Of a stretch of DNA of 58,792 nt, positions 46,301 through 53,825 are shown piece by piece. Positions within the stretch are counted from its first letter, which is position 1. Every line of letters starts with the position of its first letter. The notes beneath the pieces were generated by a model, which did not search any database, was not told the DNA's origin, and was given only the letters and a program-made list of their open reading frames with translations. The translations under genes were made by a program, and so were the position numbers. This DNA comes from Actinomycetota bacterium (lineage in GTDB: Bacteria > Actinomycetota > Thermoleophilia > Solirubrobacterales > Thermoleophilaceae), in the NCBI GenBank assembly GCA_046728795.1, contig JBKPFJ010000006.1, positions 1-58,792 on the forward strand. Reading direction: 5' to 3'.

Positions 46301-46473
46301 TCCTTCACGTAGACCTTCTGGCCGCAGCCGACGGCGCAGTAGGGGCAGATCGACCGGACCACCCTGTCCGCCGTGGCGGTCCGTGGGGTGAGCTGCCGGG
46401 AGCGGCGCGACTGCGCCGCGCGACGGAGCCCCAGGGGGTCTCGGAGCTGGCGCAAGAGCGGCGGCAGCATCAT
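43297..46473 (-). CDS. fdh: formate dehydrogenase alpha subunit (FdnG-like molybdopterin enzyme), selenocysteine at TGA 45930..45928
   Basis: ORFs 45928..46473 and 43297..45837 are in the same frame (45930-45837=93). Read-through gives CPYCAVGCGQ...IENQARI-U-HSSTVPGLGTSLGRGG...NMAECHPVGF. This is colinear with E. coli FdnG around its Sec residue, and homology continues to the C-terminus. Confidence 0.9.
45898..45916 (-). promoter_or_regulatory. bacterial SECIS hairpin GGUCCCC-GGUCU-GGGGACC
   Basis: Perfect 7-bp stem beginning 12 nt 3' of the UGA. The apical GGUCUG sits at codons 7-8 after UGA, the same offset as in the E. coli fdhF SECIS. Confidence 0.7.
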
Positions 46474-46500
46474 CGACCTACTTGCCGAATGCCCACCCCA

Positions 46501-46866
46501 CTAAACGGGGGCCGGTCCGAGAACGAACAGCTCGAAGCAGACGTCGGGATCGAACGTGAGCTGGCTGTGGTAGGTCAAGACCTCGCGGCCCGTGATCCGG
46601 CTGACCGCGCCGGTGAACTCGGGGGCCATCGCCTCCTGGAAGGTGAGCCGGACATCGCGGACCAGGTCCTCCCGCCCGGCGCCCACGAGCGTGCGCTCGA
46701 CCGTGGTGAGGCAGTCCTCGAGCACCGTCATCAGGTAGCGGTCGAAGACGTAGGTGCGCGCACGCGTCGGCCCGCGGCCGTAGTACTCGCTGAACAGCCC
46801 GACTATCGAGTTCGACACCTCGGCGAGTGTCTCGCCCTGGAGCTCACTGCCGTCGACGACGGTCAC
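46501..46866 (-). CDS. DUF2294 (MpsC-like) domain protein
   Basis: ISNSIVGLFSEYYGRGPTRARTYVFDRYLMTVLED...REDLVRDVRLTFQ matches the DUF2294 pattern. It lies 27 nt upstream of, and co-directional with, the FDH alpha gene. Confidence 0.7.
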   Translation of the reverse strand: MTVVDGSELQGETLAEVSNSIVGLFSEYYGRGPTRARTYVFDRYLMTVLEDCLTTVERTLVGAGREDLVRDVRLTFQEAMAPEFTGAVSRITGREVLTYHSQLTFDPDVCFELFVLGPAPV

Positions 46867-46907
46867 GGGGGGGATTCTCTCACCAAGGCGGCGGGTACGC
46901 GCCTCGC

Positions 46908-47126
46908 GTGCACGACGAGGTGATCATCACCCCCTACCGAGACGGGCCGCTGCTCATCCGCGGCCCGGTGCGACTGGAGGACCAGAACGGACGGCCGATC
47001 GAGCTCGACCGCCAACCGGTCGCCCTGTGCCGCTGCGGGCGTTCGCGGATACGCCCATTCTGCGACGGAACTCACAAGCTGACGCGCTTCCGGGCACCGA
47101 GCGAGCCGGAGTCGAGGAGCGGGTAG
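46908..47126 (+). CDS. CDGSH iron-sulfur domain-containing protein
   Basis: GTG 46908 gives (M)HDEVIITPYRDGPLLIRGP. The CDGSH signature CRCGRSRIRPFCDGTH is perfect (C-x-C-x2-S-x3-P-x-C-D-G-T-H). Confidence 0.85.
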   Translation: MHDEVIITPYRDGPLLIRGPVRLEDQNGRPIELDRQPVALCRCGRSRIRPFCDGTHKLTRFRAPSEPESRSG

Positions 47127-48106
47127 CGCAAGGAGCTCTCGCCCCGGCTCCATGAGGAGAGCAGGTGGCTCGCCCAGCGCCCCTCGAGCAGGTCGAGCGC
47201 CCGGGCGCCCCAGAGGACGTCTGCCGCGAGCCCCGCGTCCTGAGCGACCAGCCCGCCCGCGAGATCCACGGCCGCCACGTTCTCGTGCACCGCGTCGGCC
47301 ACCACGTGCTCATCGAAGAAGGCGGTGGCGTCCTCGCCGAACCCGAGGCGCCGAAGCCCCTTCGCGTAGCGCTGATTCGGGATCGACGATGTCATCTCGA
47401 ACAGGGCGAGGTGGCCGACGATGGCGCCCTGCCACCGGCGGTGCAGGGCGAGCATGGACATCAGGTTGACCGTGGCGAGCGTGACCCCGGGAATCTGGTC
47501 CAGGTACGCGCCGTAGCGCTCGTCGAGCGCTAGGGCCTTCATCGCCCGGGCGAACAGCTCGGCGTGGATTCGCTCCAACCGGCCCCCGCCGTACTCGTCC
47601 GCCTGGATCTCCACCAGCGCCGCCTTGGGCCGCCCATGTAGACGCGGCAGCGCGAAGGAGTGCGGGTCGGCCTCCTTCAGCTGGTATGCCGAGCGGTGCA
47701 CTACGAACTCCAGCAGTTGGTCCCGCGAGGCTTCGTGCTCGACGAACGACGACAGCGGAGGGGAGTCGCTCGCGTCTGCGACCGAGCGCAGGGCCAGGTC
47801 CATGTCCTCCGGCCGGACACGCCCCGCGGGCGGGCCGAGGGCGTCCAGGAGGGCCTCCTCGAAGAGCCGCTCGAGCGCCCCCCGTACCGCCAGGAGCGAG
47901 GGCTCCCACTCCCACTCCGCCGGCACGCCGGGGAGGCCTCGGTAGTGAAGCTCGTAGCAGAGGTAGAGGGCGAGCTGAAGGTCTTCGTCGGCCAGCGGCT
48001 CACCGGGACGGGCGACGCTGACCGGTGCCAGCGCGTGTACGTCCTCGCCGAGCGCCTCGATCAGCGAGGCGCTCAGGTCTCCGCGCGGCTCCGGGAGCGC
48101 CGACAC
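47072..48106 (-). CDS. iron-containing redox enzyme family protein (heme-oxygenase-like diiron, HDO fold)
   Basis: All-helical 344-aa protein with ligand-like motifs LKEADPH, EIQADEYGGGRLERIHAELF, LALFEMTSS and FFDEHVVADAVHE. Confidence 0.75.
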   Translation of the reverse strand: MSALPEPRGDLSASLIEALGEDVHALAPVSVARPGEPLADEDLQLALYLCYELHYRGLPGVPAEWEWEPSLLAVRGALERLFEEALLDALGPPAGRVRPEDMDLALRSVADASDSPPLSSFVEHEASRDQLLEFVVHRSAYQLKEADPHSFALPRLHGRPKAALVEIQADEYGGGRLERIHAELFARAMKALALDERYGAYLDQIPGVTLATVNLMSMLALHRRWQGAIVGHLALFEMTSSIPNQRYAKGLRRLGFGEDATAFFDEHVVADAVHENVAAVDLAGGLVAQDAGLAADVLWGARALDLLEGRWASHLLSSWSRGESSLRYPLLDSGSLGARKRVSL

Positions 48107-48134
48107 CGCCTTCGGATACCCACCGGGCCGGAGT

Positions 48135-49274
48135 TCAGACCTCAGCCTGCGGCGGGAACCGATCGGCCAGCCAGCCCGCGAGCCCGCGCAGCCCGAGATT
48201 GTGCGCCACGGCGCGCTGGCGCATGGCGCCGTTCCGCTCGACGAGCGTCCGCGCTCCGGACAGCTCCTGGGTACAGCCGAGCCGCTGGGCCGCCGGCTCC
48301 AGCTCGTCGACGAGCTCGTGGAGGCGCTCGCGCGCGGCGCGCCGCTCTCCGGTCGTGAGATCGACGAGTGTTCCCTCCACGCCGTGCCGGCACGCGAGCC
48401 AGCGGTTCTCCGCGATGCGCCAGGTGGGCGGGCAGGGCAGGGGCTCGCCGGCCTCGGCCCGCGCCGCCAGCGTGCCGATCAGCGAGTGGATGACGGCGGC
48501 TACGGCGGCCGCTTCGGCCACCGTGGTCTGGGCGTCGGGCACCCGCAGCTCGAGCGTCCCGAAGGCCGCGTTCGGACGCAGCTCCCACCACCAGACGCCG
48601 GGGCTGGGCACGACACCCGCGGCCCGCCCCCAGCGGAGCGCTTCGGCGAACGCCTCCCAGCGCTCGAGCCGCGGCGGGATCCCCTGGCGCGGAAGCGCCT
48701 CCGCGATCTTGGGCCGGATCGACGCCAGCCCCGTGTCCACTCCAGCGTGGAAGGGCCCGTTCGCGGCCAAGGACGCGAGCTCGGGGAGATAGGAGCGGAG
48801 GGCGTCATGCACGGCCAGCGTGCGGTCGGCGTCCCCGACGGCCACGTGGATCTGGAGCGCGCAGACGAGCTGCCGCCGCGCCACGGGGCCGAACTCCTGC
48901 ACCGTGTGGGCGTAGCGTGCGTCGCTGTTCAGCTCGCCGTCCGGAGCTGCGAATGGGTGCACGGCGGCTGCTGCGGGGCGCGCGGCGTCCCCGATCGCCT
49001 CCAGCAGGTCGGCGCGGCCCCGAGCGAGCTGATCCGCCGCTTCGCCGACCGACGCGGCCGGCGCAGTCAGGATCTCGAGCTGGCTCGCCGGAAGCTCGAG
49101 CTTGAACCGCTCGTCGCCGCCGAGGCGGGAAAGGAGCGTGCGCGCTTGCGGCGAGAGGTTGAGTGTCTCCGGGTCTAGGAGCATCAGCTCTTCCTCGAGC
49201 CCGACCGTCAGCGGCGCGGGTGCGTCGAATGCCGCGCGCAGAGCGGCTGCCGTGGGGATGGTTGCGGAGCTCAT
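48135..49274 (-). CDS. YbdK-type carboxylate-amine ligase (glutamate-cysteine ligase family 2)
   Basis: ATG 49274 gives a 379-aa protein. Motifs: TVGLEEELMLLDPET, FKLELPASQLEILT, LQIHVAV, WWWELRPNAAFGTLELRVPD. The upstream 243 aa of ORF 48135..50003 are shadow sequence. Confidence 0.85.
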   Translation of the reverse strand: MSSATIPTAAALRAAFDAPAPLTVGLEEELMLLDPETLNLSPQARTLLSRLGGDERFKLELPASQLEILTAPAASVGEAADQLARGRADLLEAIGDAARPAAAAVHPFAAPDGELNSDARYAHTVQEFGPVARRQLVCALQIHVAVGDADRTLAVHDALRSYLPELASLAANGPFHAGVDTGLASIRPKIAEALPRQGIPPRLERWEAFAEALRWGRAAGVVPSPGVWWWELRPNAAFGTLELRVPDAQTTVAEAAAVAAVIHSLIGTLAARAEAGEPLPCPPTWRIAENRWLACRHGVEGTLVDLTTGERRAARERLHELVDELEPAAQRLGCTQELSGARTLVERNGAMRQRAVAHNLGLRGLAGWLADRFPPQAEV

Positions 49275-49310
49275 CGTTTGCGCGGCCGGGCCAAGGGTAC
49301 GTGCGCGGGA

Positions 49311-49958
49311 GTGCGGATAGTTGCGCTGCCGGGTGTCTTCTCGCCGCTGAGCGATACGCGCCTGCTCGCCCGGCACGTGCGCGACGACCCGCTCCTGCCG
49401 GGCGGCGACGTGCTCGACCTCTGCTCCGGCACGGGGGCCCTGGCGGTGGTCGCCGCGCTCGGTAAGGCCCGCAGCGTCACGGCCGTGGACGTCTCGCGGC
49501 GGGCGGCGCTGAGCGCGCGCCTGAACGCACGCGTGAACGGCGTCCGGGTCCGCGCTCGGCGCGGCGACCTGTTCGCCCCCGTGGCAGGCGAGACCTTCGA
49601 CCTCATCGTGTCGAATCCGCCCTACCTGCCCGCGCCGGAGGAACGGCGCCCGCGGGGGCGCGCCCGTGGCTGGGATGGGGGGCGGGACGGGCGCTCCGTG
49701 CTCGACCGGATCTGCGCGGAGGCCCCGGCGAGACTGCGGCCAGGGGGCGCCCTCCTGCTCGTGCATTCCTCGGTCTGCGGCGAGCGGGCGACGCTGGAGC
49801 GGCTCGCGCGGGCCGGGCTCGAGCCCACGGTGGTCGAGCGGTGTCGCGGCCCGCTGGGGCCTCTGCTCAGCTCGCGCGCCCGGCTGCTCGAGACGAACGG
49901 CGCGCTGGCCCCTGGAGAGCGGGAGGAGGAGCTCCTCGTGATGCGCGCCGTGTCCTGA
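49311..49958 (+). CDS. HemK2/MTQ2-type NPPY methyltransferase
   Basis: GVFSPLSDTRLL, the SAM motif VLDLCSGTGALAV, and the catalytic SNPPYLP. I prefer GTG 49311 over ORF start 49278, which lies 3 nt from the divergent ligase start. Confidence 0.75.
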   Translation: MRIVALPGVFSPLSDTRLLARHVRDDPLLPGGDVLDLCSGTGALAVVAALGKARSVTAVDVSRRAALSARLNARVNGVRVRARRGDLFAPVAGETFDLIVSNPPYLPAPEERRPRGRARGWDGGRDGRSVLDRICAEAPARLRPGGALLLVHSSVCGERATLERLARAGLEPTVVERCRGPLGPLLSSRARLLETNGALAPGEREEELLVMRAVS

Positions 49959-49994
49959 GCCATGAAGCGGGTATCCGTGCGCCATGCTCGGCGA

Positions 49995-50951
49995 CAGGGA
50001 CAAGCTCGAGGACGCCTGGGTCGCGGGCGATCGCTCCGCCCGCTGGCGCTCGGCGCCGGGAGCTCGTGCGCCCTCGCGAGGTCTCGGTCGGCGACCTCCT
50101 CTACCGCGCGCTCGGCCGCGTCCGGGTGGGCGTAGAGCAAGGCGAGCGCGCGGAACGTGGCCATTCCCGCGGCGTCGAAGGCGAAGAGCCAGTGCGCCAC
50201 CTGCGACGCCGGCGAGCTGGCGTCCGACGTCGCCGCGGAGGCGACCGAGTTGGCGAGGCTGCCGGCCTCGGCGCGACCGAGGTGCGAATCGACGAGCGCC
50301 AGGAAGCGGTCCCGGAGCGCTCGCCGCTTCGGACGGAGGAATGCCGGGTTGGCCGCGGCCCGCAGGTCCGCCAGGAGGTCGATGACGGTGTGGTCGTGGC
50401 GCGCTCTGTCACCGAAGACGAGCCGACGGACCAGGGTCCACCAGGCCGCGGCGGAGCCGCTCCAGCCGAGCGTCCCGACCCGCGGGCGCTGTGAGCAAGG
50501 CAAGCGCCTCCTCGCGGACCTTCGCCACGAGCTCGTCGCCGAGCTCATGCACTGGACGCCCGGGCTCCAATATTCGCTCGTTGAACCGGCGGCGCTCGCT
50601 GCGCGCCGCGCCCCGTGAGATCAGGACGCCGTCCGGCTGGAGGTGCGAGAGGGCGGCGCGTTTCTCCGGGGTCGCCGGAGCGAAGGGCTCGGGCGCTCCG
50701 TCAAGCACGCGGCGCACGTGGTCGGGCGACAGCACGACCGCAACCCTCCGGCCCGGTATCCGAAGGAGCACGGGCCCATCACCGTGCTGCCTGCGCAGGC
50801 GCTGGAGGCGCCGCACCGCGCGACGATCCGCGTCGAGCCGATCGAGCAGGCCCTTCACCCGCGGCCTACGGATGACCGCTCCGCGAGCGAGTAGCGGAAT
50901 CGCGAGGTCAGAGAGGACCCCCGCGGTCTCCACCGCCGAGACCCGCGGCAT
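49995..50951 (-). pseudogene. cytochrome P450 remnant (frameshifted, 3'-truncated)
   Basis: ORF 50409..50951 gives a P450-like N-terminus (GPVLLRIPGRRVAVVLSPDHVRRVL...RRRFNE). The continuation (WWTLVRRLVFGD...AHWLFAFDAAGMATFRALALLYAHPDAAERAVEE) is in another frame (ORF 49622..50548). No ExxR or Cys heme loop is found in any frame, and that space is occupied by the methyltransferase gene. Confidence 0.45.
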
Positions 50952-51118
50952 CGTCTCTAGGCTCGAGCTCGGCTCCCTTCCTGCCGACCCCTATCCCGGG
51001 GGCGGGTAGATGACACCCGGCCCCGGGCCGACCGTGGCGTGGCGAGCCGAGCTGTCCTACTCTGGTCGCCAGCGGCCGCTCGAACGGCCCGAAGGACTCG
51101 CCCCTGGAGGACTCGCCG

Positions 51119-51301
51119 ATGTTGACCATGCCCGCAGGCCACACCCACGACGAGCTCACCCTTGCCCGCGCGCTCGCCCGCCACTTCGGGTCGCGCGAGC
51201 TGCACGTCTTCTGGTCGAGCGCGGAGGCGACGGCCCAGCCCCGCGAGACCCCGATCGCGCGTGCCTTCGCGGTGATAGGCCGCCTGCTCGACCGCATCTG
51301 A
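51119..51301 (+). CDS. small hypothetical protein (60 aa)
   Basis: GGAGG lies 9-13 nt upstream of the ATG. Third-codon-position G/C is about 90 percent by hand count, consistent with coding in this frame. No recognisable domain. Confidence 0.45.
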   Translation: MLTMPAGHTHDELTLARALARHFGSRELHVFWSSAEATAQPRETPIARAFAVIGRLLDRI

Positions 51302-51331
51302 GCTCGCGGCACCCGAGGCGCTCGCGGTCGA

Positions 51332-51377
51332 ATGTTGATGGCCTTGCCACACCAGCGTGTGGCAAACGCATCAACAT
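51332..51377. terminator. 46-nt composite palindrome between convergent genes (possible bidirectional terminator or protein-binding site)
   Basis: ATGTTGATG-GCC-TTGCCACAC-CAGC-GTGTGGCAA-ACG-CATCAACAT has two perfect 9-bp arms separated by a 3x3 internal loop. It is unusually AT-rich for this window and has no U-tract. Confidence 0.4.
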
Positions 51378-51430
51378 CCTCCAATTCGTGCCCTGGAGTA
51401 AGGCTTTGTGTGGTCGGCCCGGGGCCGCGC

Positions 51431-51811
51431 TCACCGCTCTGAGGTGATTCCGAGCCCCTCGCCAGGGTCGTCCGGGGCCTCCTCGGGATCGCTCGTCACC
51501 TCGGTGGGATCGACCTCGTCGGGCTCGGAGTAGCTGGCCCCGGCCCGGTCGGTCTCCTCCTCCGGGGTGAAGGCGTCCGCCTCCGGCGACGGCGCCGGAT
51601 CTCCGTGCGCGGCCTGCTCGCCCAGCTCGCGCTCGGCTTCCTCGAAGCCCTCCGCCTCACCGCCGCCGGCCTCCTCGACGGGCCGGCTCTCCTGGTCCCC
51701 CTCGTACTCCGGCGCCGGGCCGCCCACCGAACCCGCCTCTCCCGCGGCCCCTCGCTCCTCGCGCTCGATGAGGGGGTCGAGCTCGCTTCGGTGCCGCGGA
51801 TCCGGGCGCAT
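51431..51811 (-). CDS. acidic low-complexity hypothetical protein
   Basis: 126-aa ORF 18 nt downstream of the SDR gene. It is Glu/Asp/Pro-rich (EAEGFEEAERELGE..., EPDEVDPTEV). It may be a DUF5709-like protein, but I cannot confirm that. Confidence 0.4.
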   Translation of the reverse strand: MRPDPRHRSELDPLIEREERGAAGEAGSVGGPAPEYEGDQESRPVEEAGGGEAEGFEEAERELGEQAAHGDPAPSPEADAFTPEEETDRAGASYSEPDEVDPTEVTSDPEEAPDDPGEGLGITSER

Positions 51812-51829
51812 GCGGCGAAAACGCGCCCG

Positions 51830-52837
51830 TCAGCGGCGCCCGTTGCGCGAGGCCAGCGCCGCGCCCGTCGCGGCGGCGGCCACGGCCCCCGCCACCCCGA
51901 TCGCGCCCCGGTGCCGGCTGGCCCACCACTGGGGACTGCGGGCGTGCGCCATGTCGTCGAAGACCCCGTGAGCGCCGGGGTCGCCGGCGTCGGGCTCGAA
52001 CATGTTCCCCTGCTCGTTGAGCGGGTTCGGCGGGTCGTCGCTCTGCTGGCCGTCAACCGCGGTCTTCGCCAGGTAGCGCTCGGCGAGCCAGGGGGCGATC
52101 TTGTTGCCGAGGATCGTGTAAACCGCGGGGATGCCGACGTAGACCTCGCGGCGGCGGTGGTGGGCCGCCCAATGGACGGCGTCGGCCGCCACCTCCGGCT
52201 GGTAGACGGGGGGAACGGGCATCGGGTGCTTCGGCATCTTCGATCGGCAGTGGTCGAACTGGGGGGTGTTCAGGCCGGGTAGCTGGACCATCGTCACGTG
52301 GACGCGCGAGCCCTTGTGGCGCAGCTCGGTCCGCAGCGACTCCACGAAGCCCTCGATCGCGTGCTTCGCGCCGCAGTAGGGCGACTGAAGCGGGATCCCG
52401 CGATAGGCCATGGCCGACCCGACCTGCACGATCGTGCCGCGGTCACGCGGGACCATACGGGCGAGGGCTGCTCGGGTGCCCCAGACCGTGCCGTGATAGG
52501 TGACTTCGGTGGCCCGCCGGTACTCGTCCGGCTCGATTTCCTCGAAGAACGCGAAGACGGTGGTCATCGCGTTGTTTACCCAGACGTCAATCGGGCCGAG
52601 CGACTCCTCCACCACCGAGGCGGCGCGCTCCACGGCGTCCGCGTCGGCCACGTCGGTGGGGAGGACCTCGGCGGTGCCGCCGGCGGATTCGACCTCGCGG
52701 CGCGCCGCCTCGAGCGCATCCCGGCCGCGGCCGAGCAGCCCGATCCGGGCGCCGTACCTCGCAAACCGCCTGACGATCGCCCGCCCGACGCCCTTCCCGG
52801 CCCCGGTGACGACCACTACCTCCGCCCTCTCGTCCAT
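51830..52837 (-). CDS. SDR family oxidoreductase
   Basis: [13 protein letters not shown] (TGxxxGxG), NNAM, and the catalytic YCGAKHA (YxxxK). A C-terminal extension of about 80 aa ends in a hydrophobic helix. Confidence 0.9.
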   Translation of the reverse strand: MDERAEVVVVTGAGKGVGRAIVRRFARYGARIGLLGRGRDALEAARREVESAGGTAEVLPTDVADADAVERAASVVEESLGPIDVWVNNAMTTVFAFFEEIEPDEYRRATEVTYHGTVWGTRAALARMVPRDRGTIVQVGSAMAYRGIPLQSPYCGAKHAIEGFVESLRTELRHKGSRVHVTMVQLPGLNTPQFDHCRSKMPKHPMPVPPVYQPEVAADAVHWAAHHRRREVYVGIPAVYTILGNKIAPWLAERYLAKTAVDGQQSDDPPNPLNEQGNMFEPDAGDPGAHGVFDDMAHARSPQWWASRHRGAIGVAGAVAAAATGAALASRNGRR

Positions 52838-52913
52838 GTCGGGCCGCTACCCGCCCGCCATGCTCCGGAAACGCGGTGTCGGCGCAGCGACGGCAGGGTA
52901 TCCATGCGTCCAG

Positions 52914-53825
52914 ATGGGCGCGTGGAATGTGGATCCGCTCGTGCTCGCATCGCTCGCGCTCGTGAGCCTCGCCTACGGCCGCCGCGCCCGCACGCTGGCA
53001 CGCAGGGGCCGGCCCGTGAGCGTCGCGCGCAAGGCCTCCTTCTACGCCGGGATGGCCCTTCTCCTCACGGCACTCGTCTCGCCGATCGACACGATCGGCG
53101 AGGAGCGCCTGTTCTGGGTGCACATGACGCAGCACCTGCTGCTCGGCGACCTGGCGCCACTCCTGATCGTGCTGGGGCTTGACCGCGGGCTCCTGCGCCC
53201 GCTCCTCGCGCTGCCGGGGATCGACCGCCTGAGGGCGCTCGCCCACCCGGTCCCGGCACTCGCGCTGTGGTCGCTCAACCTGTGCCTCTGGCACCTGCCG
53301 GCGCTGTATCAGGCGGCGCTCGCGCACGACGCCGTTCACGCGCTCGAGCACCAATGCTTCTTCGCCGCGGGCCTCCTGATGTGGGCCGCGGTCATCGAAC
53401 CGCTCCCCGGACCCGCCTGGTTCGGGAGCGCCTGGAAGGCGGCCTACGTGCTGACGGTCCGCACGATCGCCGCCGTCGTGGCGAGCGCCTTCATCTGGTC
53501 CGGGAGCCTCTTCTATCCGGACCGTTACAGCTCGCTTCACGACCAGGCCATCGGCGGCGCGCTGATGTTCGTCGAGGGGAGCGTGGTGACGCTCGTGGTC
53601 TTCGTCTGGCTCTTCCTCCGCTGGACCCGCGAGGCGGAGTTGCGGCAGTCGCTCGAGGACCTCGGCCACGAGCCGCGCGCCGCGGCGCGGGCGGCCCGCT
53701 ACGGACGCTCGGCGCTCGCGGCCGCTAGGCCGGCTGCACCGTCCGCCGGGCCTCCTCCTCCGCCTCCTCCTGCACGTGCTCGATCCGCTCCGCCTCCTGG
53801 AGCTCGCGGCACACTCGGCGGGTGA
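52914..53825 (+). CDS. cytochrome c oxidase assembly protein (caa3-type CtaG family)
   Basis: ATG 52914 gives MGAWNVDPLVLASLALVSLAY. Multiple TM helices are present, with the motifs FWVHMTQHLLLGDLAPLL and HALEHQCFF. The Pro-rich tail overlaps the qcrB 3' end by 101 nt. Confidence 0.8.
   Translation: MGAWNVDPLVLASLALVSLAYGRRARTLARRGRPVSVARKASFYAGMALLLTALVSPIDTIGEERLFWVHMTQHLLLGDLAPLLIVLGLDRGLLRPLLALPGIDRLRALAHPVPALALWSLNLCLWHLPALYQAALAHDAVHALEHQCFFAAGLLMWAAVIEPLPGPAWFGSAWKAAYVLTVRTIAAVVASAFIWSGSLFYPDRYSSLHDQAIGGALMFVEGSVVTLVVFVWLFLRWTREAELRQSLEDLGHEPRAAARAARYGRSALAAARPAAPSAGPPPPPPPARARSAPPPGARGTLGG

Noticed and set aside
46380-46473. A twin-arginine (Tat) signal peptide on the FDH alpha subunit.
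   Set aside because: RR pairs are present (LRRAAQSRRS), but there is no RRxFLK-like motif and no hydrophobic h-region before the first Fe-S cysteine motif. I therefore did not call a signal peptide.
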